From sequence record NC_049813.1: a stretch of DNA of 44,219 nucleotides. The stretch is one strand, 5' to 3'. The position numbers were made by a program, and so were the translations under genes. The DNA comes from Escherichia phage vB_EcoS-12210I. A model generated the notes under the pieces. It searched no databases and was not told the DNA's origin. It was given only the letters and a program-made list of their open reading frames with translations. Shown here piece after piece: positions 27,798 through 34,790 of the stretch. The stretch's first letter is position 1, and the number at the start of each line of letters is the position of its first letter.

Positions 27798-27843
27798 ATC
27801 ATAGCTGACTACCCGATCCATTGTTTAGCAATTCGTGCTATTT
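27798..27843 (-). promoter_or_regulatory. Promoter-like module copy i: element 27824-27843, TATGAT 27798-27803
   Basis: Element and hexamer with 20-bp spacer; CATCGAAAACA start region. Confidence 0.55.
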
Positions 27844-28053
27844 GCGAACTATTTCGAACTTAGCCATTATGACGCCAAGGCTTTTTATCATAAGGGATTC
27901 ACCTATCGTCTTAACTATGTACCCATTACCATCAACCTTGATGTAGTATGAGCCATTAAAACAAGGTATCGGCTTAGCCACGTATATCCCGCCATTTACA
28001 ACTGAAAGGTTGTGGTGATTGGCTTGCCTTACATACACACATTTTATAAGCAT
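27838..28053 (-). CDS. Hypothetical protein, 71 aa
   Basis: ORF in early block. Confidence 0.4.
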   Translation of the reverse strand: MLIKCVYVRQANHHNLSVVNGGIYVAKPIPCFNGSYYIKVDGNGYIVKTIGESLMIKSLGVIMAKFEIVRK

Positions 28054-28160
28054 TAATATTCACCGTTCAGGAGAGCTTTCGCTTTCCAGTAGAACTCAAT
28101 CCCCGCCTTCACCTCCTCATCACTGTACCGGAAGTGGTATGGTAGTCTACTAGGATGCTC

Positions 28161-28583
28161 TCATTCGTATACTTTGAAGTTAGGCTCCCAGCTCTCCTCG
28201 AGGATTGCCGGATGAACATAAATCTTATCTCCAATGAGGCAAGCTAGATTCATACTCTCTAGGGCTGGGATAAACTCATCCTTAATGCGCGCCATTAGCC
28301 TGTCATTGCCACCCTTAATTCTTTTCGCCCTGCGAGCGCCTTCGTATAAAGACCTGATACCAAGCACGCCCTTGCCGTTCTTTGCCATTTTCCTAATAAT
28401 ATTAATCAGAACGCCAAGCGCTTCATCTTTGTATACTTCTGACGCATCGGGATGACCCCAGAAGCCTTGCGTTTGTCGATACCCGTTAGCATTGATTGCA
28501 ACCAGTAGCGGTGGCAGCCCATCTTGGATAGCAATATTCATAATCTGCTCGTCCGTCAGTTTCTCTTCATCGAAATTAAACAT
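28161..28583 (-). CDS. Truncated paralogue of the 31069-32652 NTPase (N-terminal and C-terminal segments only, no P-loop core)
   Basis: First about 45 aa and last about 85 aa align with the ends of the 527-aa protein. Confidence 0.55.
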   Translation of the reverse strand: MFNFDEEKLTDEQIMNIAIQDGLPPLLVAINANGYRQTQGFWGHPDASEVYKDEALGVLINIIRKMAKNGKGVLGIRSLYEGARRAKRIKGGNDRLMARIKDEFIPALESMNLACLIGDKIYVHPAILEESWEPNFKVYE

Positions 28584-29131
28584 CAGTTAGTCTCCTTAAT
28601 CATTTCATAGTAACGGGCCAGGGCAATGAGAGCGCCCTCTTTCTGCTCGCCTTGCAGGTCGATAACGTTAGGTGTGATCTTGAGTAACCGAGCCTTGAAC
28701 CTTTCAATGATGGCGACCTCTTTCTCTGCTTCCTGCTTCTTCTTCTCACGATTGCCAGTCCAGTGAGAGCCGTTCTCAATATAAATTACCAGGTATTTAT
28801 CAGCACCATCGCCGTCGAAATTACCCGGCCTGGTTTGCTCGCCTTCATCGTCAATCCAGATGAACTTGTAGCGCGCTCGCTTGTTGGCGTCTCGTAGTTC
28901 AGTCATTCGCGACACGGTATTGTAGATGTACGAGTTCTTGAGTTCAGGCATCGCCCTGTCTGCCAGGTTTAGGATCTCGTCAGTCTCTTCGTCATACTCC
29001 ATTTCTGGATATGGCTTGCCGCGAACAAGTTTGAATATCTGGCTTACCGGAACTTTGAACTCGCCGTTCTCAGACGCCATTGCGTTACGCACCATCTCAC
29101 GGATAACTTCGCCAAGTGTTACTTTCTGCAT
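28583..29131 (-). CDS. Hypothetical protein, 182 aa
   Basis: First gene of the minus-strand early block; leader contains AAACGAAACGAGG. Confidence 0.5.
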   Translation of the reverse strand: MQKVTLGEVIREMVRNAMASENGEFKVPVSQIFKLVRGKPYPEMEYDEETDEILNLADRAMPELKNSYIYNTVSRMTELRDANKRARYKFIWIDDEGEQTRPGNFDGDGADKYLVIYIENGSHWTGNREKKKQEAEKEVAIIERFKARLLKITPNVIDLQGEQKEGALIALARYYEMIKETN

Positions 29132-29408
29132 GTTGATACCTCGTTTCGTTTACTTCGTTTCAGTGATTGCCATCTTGCCACTTGTTTACGTGTCGGTCAA
29201 CGTATTTTTATGTCTATTCCATCGCGGATACGTTTTTTCGGCCTCCAAGGCAGCGTCAGCACTGGTTGTAAACGTGCCGTATCCCCTGTGTACCGTTTTT
29301 GGGAGTGCTTTCCTATATATGCGCCTTTTTATTCCTACAATGTCATCCCATTCTGACAAGTGTCAGAATATCTGCGCGGAACATATCAATTATCCAATCA
29401 ATTATCGG

Positions 29409-29483
29409 TATACACAGTATACATATATATAATAATAATAATAATAATAAAGTAAAAGGTTGATATATATAGATATTATATTG
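29409..29483. repeat. AT-rich repeat copy B with (ATA)6 tract; partner at 2361-2427
   Basis: Same flanks as copy A, longer trinucleotide run. Confidence 0.8.
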
Positions 29484-29679
29484 TATATCGTGCGTATATC
29501 TCGCGTAAAAAACGTAGGTTAGTGGTAACTAACTTTTGTGACGACACTTGGTATACGATGGTTACTCGTATATCTCAAGAATGGCTCACCAAGAATGAAA
29601 ATCAACTTGTATGGTAGTCAATCCATCTTTCATTCACTCACCCACCACTTCATTTCACTTTTCGCAACAATCAAAAACA

Positions 29680-29752
29680 TCATTGCATCAGAAGCAATAT
29701 TGCTGTATGTGCAATAATCATGTGAATCATTGCAATATCTGCAACAATGCAT
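29680..29752. promoter_or_regulatory. Cluster of TGCAA-containing palindromes (AGCAATATTGCT, ATTGCAAT and others)
   Basis: 6-7 TGCAA/TTGCA copies in about 70 bp upstream of the plus-strand early operon. Confidence 0.45.
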
Positions 29753-29761
29753 AAATCTGAC

Positions 29762-29809
29762 GAATAGCGCTTTTTGCTAAAGACATTATGAGTTAGCGAG
29801 GCTATAGTT
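29762..29809 (+). promoter_or_regulatory. Promoter-like module copy j: element 29762-29781, TATAGT 29804-29809
   Basis: Element and hexamer with 22-bp spacer; start region CATCAAAAACGAGG. Confidence 0.5.
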
Positions 29810-29835
29810 AGCTCATCAAAAACGAGGAGATAGAA

Positions 29836-30015
29836 ATGAAGATTGATAAAGATGAACTTCGTAACGAATGCGCACTGATTGGGCTTAACGAAGATTACAC
29901 AGACCTTGTGTTGCGCGGAAAGTTGGACATTAACTTGGCTAAGCAATTCCAGTCAGAGGATGAATTCCTGTGCTGTGATGGACTTGGATGCGTTGAATGT
30001 TTACCATTTATTTGA
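29836..30015 (+). CDS. Hypothetical Cys-rich small protein, 59 aa
   Basis: GAGGAG RBS; C-terminal CCDGLGCVEC; below track cutoff. Confidence 0.45.
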   Translation: MKIDKDELRNECALIGLNEDYTDLVLRGKLDINLAKQFQSEDEFLCCDGLGCVECLPFI

Positions 30016-30025
30016 AGATTGAGAT

Positions 30026-30265
30026 ATGAAAATTCGCTGCACTAACTGTATCACCAGCACGGACAAGAAGATTTTGACACCGTTCGTAAAGGGCTCTGTA
30101 TACAACGCTGAGCCACTAATCATTAACGGCAAGGCAATCCCGAACGAGTGGTTGATTAATGGCGCTGAGCGACCGCACAAGAACGATTCTGGCTGGATTG
30201 CCATTGCAGGCTGGAATGTTGTGATGTTTATCCCTGGAATTGCAACTTTTGACGAGGTGAAATGA
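30026..30265 (+). CDS. Hypothetical protein, 79 aa
   Basis: ORF with N-terminal CTNC motif. Confidence 0.45.
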   Translation: MKIRCTNCITSTDKKILTPFVKGSVYNAEPLIINGKAIPNEWLINGAERPHKNDSGWIAIAGWNVVMFIPGIATFDEVK

Positions 30266-30426
30266 TGCTATTACCATCTGAGATAAATTATTTCGATCTT
30301 GAGGTCATAAGTGCCTACAGCGGCAAGGGTTGGCCTTGCGGTGACTGGTTTAATGAGGACCTACTGGATTCTCACGAGATTATGCTCAAGGCGATAGAAA
30401 AAGCACGAAATAGCACGAATTGCTAA
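30262..30426 (+). CDS. Hypothetical small protein, 54 aa
   Basis: ATGA-type overlap with upstream gene; 3-prime end overlaps promoter element k. Confidence 0.3.
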   Translation: MMLLPSEINYFDLEVISAYSGKGWPCGDWFNEDLLDSHEIMLKAIEKARNSTNC

Positions 30427-30469
30427 AACGAAATCGCAAGGATGCGGTATTATCTTTACATCGAAACGG
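30408..30469 (+). promoter_or_regulatory. Promoter-like module copy k: element 30408-30427, TATTAT 30448-30453, start region CATCGAAACGG 30459-30469
   Basis: Full module geometry. Confidence 0.6.
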
Positions 30470-30479
30470 GAGATAAGAA

Positions 30480-30644
30480 ATGTTCGACAACTTTCATGAC
30501 GCGATAGAAGAGGCATTGTACCGCGCGTCACTTGATGGGAAGATTTACGGTTTAGTTCAGAAGGTTGACAAGATTGTTGTGCGAATCGTGCGCAAATCAG
30601 TACCTAACAAATTCATGTGGACAACTAAGAGAGTAACAAAATGA
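30480..30644 (+). CDS. Hypothetical small protein, 54 aa
   Basis: GGGAGATAAG RBS; ATGA overlap with next gene. Confidence 0.4.
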   Translation: MFDNFHDAIEEALYRASLDGKIYGLVQKVDKIVVRIVRKSVPNKFMWTTKRVTK

Positions 30645-30994
30645 CAACTACGATTACCAAAAACTGGATCAGTAACGAAAACGTATTATACAAAGCCAGA
30701 GTAAAAGATGGCGTAGAGCAAATCAAGAAAGATGGAAAATGGATTAACATTGAAGAGCGCGGCAAGTACATCAAGACAAAGACCATTTACTGCACAAATG
30801 TTAATCATCGATCATCCATTCGTAAATACTTCACTGAAGGGAAGAGATATCAAGTAGATCTCCATGCTGGACTTGGTCAGTTCGCTGGATACATTTACGA
30901 TAAAGAGGGCAGCGCATGGCAGCTATATCGTGACGAAGATGTTGGCTTTGTTACAGTTTGCGGCGACTACCGCTTTGAGGCTCAATACCGATAA
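30641..30994 (+). CDS. Hypothetical protein, 117 aa
   Basis: ORF coupled to upstream gene. Confidence 0.5.
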   Translation: MTTTITKNWISNENVLYKARVKDGVEQIKKDGKWINIEERGKYIKTKTIYCTNVNHRSSIRKYFTEGKRYQVDLHAGLGQFAGYIYDKEGSAWQLYRDEDVGFVTVCGDYRFEAQYR

Positions 30995-31068
30995 TAAGCA
31001 CAAATTGACAATGAATTATAAGCGGTCGTTGATATAATGGCCGCTCAGAAACAATACGGAGACAAGTA

Positions 31069-32652
31069 ATGTTCGATTTCAACGAAGATAAACTATCTGT
31101 TGAACAGGTTATGGCAATTGCTGCCGCAGAAAACCTCCCGCCCCTGCGCGTCGCCATTAATGCTAATGGCTATCGCCAGTCTCAATCATTCTGGAAAGCA
31201 CCAGTCGAGATTGATGCAGCTAATGACAAGTATCCAGTAATCTCACTAGGTAATGACATTGATGTTGTTGGTAAGCTGTCAGCTAATATTGCCCGTTCTG
31301 TTCAGTTCCCTGAGTCGTCAGCTTACATGCACTTCCTGGGGTGTATTTCCGCTGCAATGCTGGGTCGATTTACTGTTGAGTATCACGGAACGCAGCAACC
31401 GACTTCGCTGTACGTCGTAACGAGTCAGCCACCATCGACGGGTAAATCAGCAATCAACTCACTTTCAATTGCTCCAATGATTGCTGAGACTGAGCGACTA
31501 AATAAAGTGAGAAAGCGTGAGCGCAAGAAAATTATGGCAAAACTATCTGAATTATCCAAAGAGATGAAGCAGGAAAAATCTCCGTCAGAGATGGCTTCAC
31601 TTTTTGAGGAGAAAGAGGAACTAGAGGAAAAACTCGAGAAACTATGTGATATCGTTTTCCCTGTGTCAGATACCACACCGGAAGGACTTGCGCGAATAAA
31701 CAACCGCCAGGGCAGCTTTGCTGTAATATCAGATGAAGCAACCAGCGTCAACTCACTGCTTGGTATGACCTATGGTGATGGTTCGAAGAAAACGAACAGC
31801 GAGCTTGTGCTGAAGGCCTGGGATGCTGGTAACGTGTCAATTGCGCGTGCTAACGCAGAAAACAATATGAGCTTTGTTGCTATGGGTTGCATCTCTGTAA
31901 TTGCACAGGATGAAACAATCAATGCGATCATGAACGCTGGCGCGCGTGGTATCGGTGTATCTGAACGTTTCCTGCTTGTACGTGAAAAGTCATTCCTGGG
32001 CGAGCGTGTGTTTGTTGATGAAAATGGTGAGTCAACTTACGAACCGATAGATGGTGAGCTTAAGGCTAACTACTTCCGTCTGGTTCATGAAATCATGAAT
32101 GAACAAGAAGTTAAGTTGACAGTTAGTAATTCAGCAATGAAATATCTCAACCGCGCGCGTCAGGAGATGGAACCGCACCTTGCTGACGGCGGGAAGTATT
32201 CACACACAATGTTGCGAGGCGCGTTGGGTAAGTTCGATAAGCAGGCAATCAGGATTGCGGCGGTTCTTCACACTGTGCGTAACTGGTTCAACCCAAATGG
32301 CGGTAGCCCTCAGAAGTCGAGAGAAATTGAGCTTGATACAATGCAGGAAGCTGTAATTATGTTCCAGGAACTTAGCAAGACTTATTTGTCATCCGCTAAC
32401 GCCGCGGGTCACGCTGGCGACAATGCAGAGATGAATAAGCTGATTGATATCCTGATTAAGCAAGGCAAAAACGGGAAAGGAGTAGTAGGTATTCGTTCGC
32501 TATATGAAGCGGCTCGCAAGGTTAAGCCGTTCGAGGCTCAAGCGGGAGTAATGACGAAGATTAAAGACCACTTGCTGCCAATGCTTGATGAGAAAAACTA
32601 CACGTGCCTGATTGGTGATAAAGTTTACATTAATCCACGACTATTGGGGTGA
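31069..32652 (+). CDS. P-loop NTPase, putative replication-associated protein, 527 aa
   Basis: Walker A-like QPPSTGKS and Walker B-like AVISDEA; termini shared with the 140-aa paralogue. Confidence 0.55.
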   Translation: MFDFNEDKLSVEQVMAIAAAENLPPLRVAINANGYRQSQSFWKAPVEIDAANDKYPVISLGNDIDVVGKLSANIARSVQFPESSAYMHFLGCISAAMLGRFTVEYHGTQQPTSLYVVTSQPPSTGKSAINSLSIAPMIAETERLNKVRKRERKKIMAKLSELSKEMKQEKSPSEMASLFEEKEELEEKLEKLCDIVFPVSDTTPEGLARINNRQGSFAVISDEATSVNSLLGMTYGDGSKKTNSELVLKAWDAGNVSIARANAENNMSFVAMGCISVIAQDETINAIMNAGARGIGVSERFLLVREKSFLGERVFVDENGESTYEPIDGELKANYFRLVHEIMNEQEVKLTVSNSAMKYLNRARQEMEPHLADGGKYSHTMLRGALGKFDKQAIRIAAVLHTVRNWFNPNGGSPQKSREIELDTMQEAVIMFQELSKTYLSSANAAGHAGDNAEMNKLIDILIKQGKNGKGVVGIRSLYEAARKVKPFEAQAGVMTKIKDHLLPMLDEKNYTCLIGDKVYINPRLLG

Positions 32653-32655
32653 TGA

Positions 32656-32991
32656 GTGTTTATTTTGGATTTGTACCGCTTCTGCGAGTCGTATTCATAC
32701 TTCACGCGCCAGCATTTGGCGCGATTCATCTACCAACATAAGGACTCTCAGAGATTCAGCAAAGCAGCAGGTTTGTCGCATAGGGAATTTTGCAGCGCTG
32801 CTTCAAAGGAGTTTTGCGCAAAGATGTTAACTGCTGGATACATTGATGGTAAGTGTGGTGAGTTTGTTAGCAAGGGTAGCCTGAAGAGGCCGTTTGATTT
32901 CAATTTCGATGCGCTTAGCGGGTATGAGAGCAAGTACATAAAAGAGATGATGAACATAGGAACAATGACTGACGAGGAGTTATTTTCTTAA
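32656..32991 (+). CDS. Hypothetical protein, 111 aa (GTG start)
   Basis: ORF begins at GTG right after the upstream stop; could start at a later ATG. Confidence 0.35.
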   Translation: MFILDLYRFCESYSYFTRQHLARFIYQHKDSQRFSKAAGLSHREFCSAASKEFCAKMLTAGYIDGKCGEFVSKGSLKRPFDFNFDALSGYESKYIKEMMNIGTMTDEELFS

Positions 32992-33051
32992 ATAGCACTT
33001 TTTGTTAAAAGCCCCTTGTGGGCTTTTGTTATTATTAATTCATCGAAACGA
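32990..33051 (+). promoter_or_regulatory. Promoter-like module copy l: element 32990-33009, TATTAT 33030-33035, start region CATCGAAACGA 33041-33051
   Basis: Full module geometry; a hairpin (33009-33025) sits inside the spacer. Confidence 0.55.
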
Positions 33052-33072
33052 TAGACAGGAAAGGAAAACAAA

Positions 33073-33150
33073 ATGGTTAAGTTCTTCGCTGGTATGCTGA
33101 CTGCTGTTGCAATCATGGATAACGTAGCTATTTATCTTGGCGTGTACTGA
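33073..33150 (+). CDS. Small hydrophobic peptide, 25 aa
   Basis: AGGAAAGGAAAA RBS; MVKFFAGMLTAVAIMDNVAIYLGVY. Confidence 0.35.
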   Translation: MVKFFAGMLTAVAIMDNVAIYLGVY

Positions 33151-33209
33151 TAGCACAAATTGCTAAATAAAAGAAAAACAAAAAGAGCATAGTTACTTCA
33201 TAGAAAACA
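33150..33209 (+). promoter_or_regulatory. Promoter-like module copy m: element 33150-33167, CATAGT 33188-33193, start region CATAGAAAACA
   Basis: Module geometry with a variant start region. Confidence 0.5.
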
Positions 33210-33223
33210 AAGAGGATTTTAAA

Positions 33224-33316
33224 ATGGATAATATTATGAAGATGAGCCAAGTTAATGGAAAGGCCCATCCATTAGCTATGCGGTACGATATCGACGTTGA
33301 AGTTAGAATTAAGTAA
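33224..33316 (+). CDS. Hypothetical small protein, 30 aa
   Basis: AAGAGGA RBS; followed by a terminator. Confidence 0.3.
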   Translation: MDNIMKMSQVNGKAHPLAMRYDIDVEVRIK

Positions 33317-33324
33317 CAGAAATA

Positions 33325-33346
33325 GCCTCCACTATGAGGCTTTTTT
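33325..33346. terminator. Terminator at the convergence of the plus early operon and the lysis cassette
   Basis: GCCTC-CACTAT-GAGGC followed by T6. Confidence 0.65.
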
Positions 33347-33721
33347 GCGTCTTAAGATTAATGCCATGAGAATTAAAACCAGCAGACCCATCGCTCCCGT
33401 TCCAATCCACGGCAGTGCGGATGATTCGTTATTGGTGATCTCAATCTTTTCAGCAGTGATTGTTGAGGCCTTAATCGAATTGTCAGCAGTCTTTTTTCCG
33501 CTCGAGCTATCAAGTGACCCAACCTTAGAATCTTTAACTGTGGCTTCACTGGAGTTACTTGAGTCAACCTTGTTCGTTAACCCGACACCAACCTTATTGT
33601 TCTCTGTACCAGCTTGAGCGCTAATCTCTGGCTTACTGCCAATTAAACCAGTCAGCGCAGACGTTGCCGAACATCCAGATAAAGCTACGCACATTACTAA
33701 CGCTGCAATCCACTTAAGCAT
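33332..33721 (-). CDS. Unimolecular spanin (outer-membrane lipoprotein with C-terminal transmembrane segment)
   Basis: Lipobox LSGC near the N-terminus plus C-terminal hydrophobic helix and basic tail; position after endolysin as in T1 gp11. Confidence 0.65.
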   Translation of the reverse strand: MLKWIAALVMCVALSGCSATSALTGLIGSKPEISAQAGTENNKVGVGLTNKVDSSNSSEATVKDSKVGSLDSSSGKKTADNSIKASTITAEKIEITNNESSALPWIGTGAMGLLVLILMALILRRKKAS

Positions 33722-34182
33722 AGCTTAATCTCCTCATTTCTCCTGTTAACAAGGCCTTTAACTACCTTCAGTTTCCCGTTAACTCGAGCCTTGTTCCACA
33801 TCCCGAGAGCCTTGCAACCTTGCTCAATCTTACCCTGGTTAATTAGCCTTACAGCCGTGGACTTCCTCATCGCTGAGCCGCCAACATTATAGCTAAAGCT
33901 GATTAACGCCCCCCTTGTCTGCGGTGCGATTGGGTAGGTAACTGCATCCTGAACATACTTAGCATGAATCTGGATATGTTTCTCCAGCAGGTTCCGGCAC
34001 TCCCTATTGCTGTAAGTCTTACCCCAAACAACATCAGGACCAGTAATACCGGAACAAACTGTAGGGATTCCGGCAATGTCCATGTACGGCTTGTTCTCCA
34101 CACCTTCCACGAGCTCAATAAGCGGAGCTGCGATGTATATCGCCGCAGCCGTAGCCGCGGTAATTAGCAGCTTCTGCTTCAT
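33697..34182 (-). CDS. SAR endolysin (phage lysozyme, GH24-type)
   Basis: N-terminal weakly hydrophobic signal-anchor segment; lysozyme-like E-x8-D-x5-T motif region (ENKPYMDIAGIPTVCSGITG). Confidence 0.7.
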   Translation of the reverse strand: MKQKLLITAATAAAIYIAAPLIELVEGVENKPYMDIAGIPTVCSGITGPDVVWGKTYSNRECRNLLEKHIQIHAKYVQDAVTYPIAPQTRGALISFSYNVGGSAMRKSTAVRLINQGKIEQGCKALGMWNKARVNGKLKVVKGLVNRRNEEIKLCLSGLQR

Positions 34183-34398
34183 TTATTTGCTCCTTATATT
34201 GATTGCTGTTTTCAAGTCTCCAGATTCAAGCGCCCGCCTGATAGCTTGACTATCCTTATACTTCCAGTAAGCACCCCAGGCTCCGAAAATGATTAGAGCG
34301 ATAAGGCTGATTATTGCTATAGTCATTTGACCAGTTGCCGCACCAGTAAACGCAGCACCGCCAGTTGATGCTGTAGCGGCGTTAATTACTTCTCTCAT
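34183..34398 (-). CDS. Holin (putative pinholin), about 71 aa
   Basis: Hydrophobic transmembrane segments; AAAGGTGGA RBS before ATG 34398; immediately upstream of the endolysin. Confidence 0.6.
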   Translation of the reverse strand: MREVINAATASTGGAAFTGAATGQMTIAIISLIALIIFGAWGAYWKYKDSQAIRRALESGDLKTAINIRSK

Positions 34399-34476
34399 GT
34401 GATCCACCTTTATGTATTTGTCAATGCTTAAGTTAATAAAAGAATGATACATTAGCACCGCTCGGAAAAGAAGCAT

Positions 34477-34500
34477 AAAAAAAGGGAGCCAAAGGCCCCC
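34477..34500 (-). terminator. Hairpin with U-run upstream of holin
   Basis: GGGGGCC-TTT-GGCTCCC (one G-U) followed by T7 on the minus strand. Confidence 0.5.
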
Positions 34501-34527
34501 CGCTTGTAAAGCTATGTTTTTTCTGCG

Positions 34528-34704
34528 CTAGTCAGCGATAATAAATTCAACTAACGAACCATCAATCGGCGCTAAAATGTGAGTCATGTCATCGCCGTAA
34601 ATCTTGTAATATCCATCACCCTGGTACTCTGCATTGTACGGCTGGTTAACTGTAAATGGCAGTGTCTTTGAGTTGTTCTTGGTGCAATAAATCACTTTAG
34701 TCAT
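34528..34704 (-). CDS. Hypothetical small protein, 58 aa
   Basis: AAGGAAG RBS downstream of a promoter-like module; weak similarity to the 30026 product (K.L.PF...YNAE). Confidence 0.45.
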   Translation of the reverse strand: MTKVIYCTKNNSKTLPFTVNQPYNAEYQGDGYYKIYGDDMTHILAPIDGSLVEFIIAD

Positions 34705-34745
34705 TTTGTGCTTCCTTGTTTAGCTCATCTCGTTTCGATGTGGTG

Positions 34746-34790
34746 ATTATGCCGCATTTCTACGGCATTACTTAGGCAAAAAGTGCTATT
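34746..34790 (-). promoter_or_regulatory. Promoter-like module copy n: element 34772-34790, CATAAT 34746-34751
   Basis: Element and hexamer with 20-bp spacer; start region CATCGAAACGA. Confidence 0.55.

Noticed and set aside
28926-29432. Plus-strand 168-aa ORF across the control region
   Set aside because: Runs through the AT-rich repeat and the 3-prime end of a minus-strand gene; no RBS; low-complexity translation.
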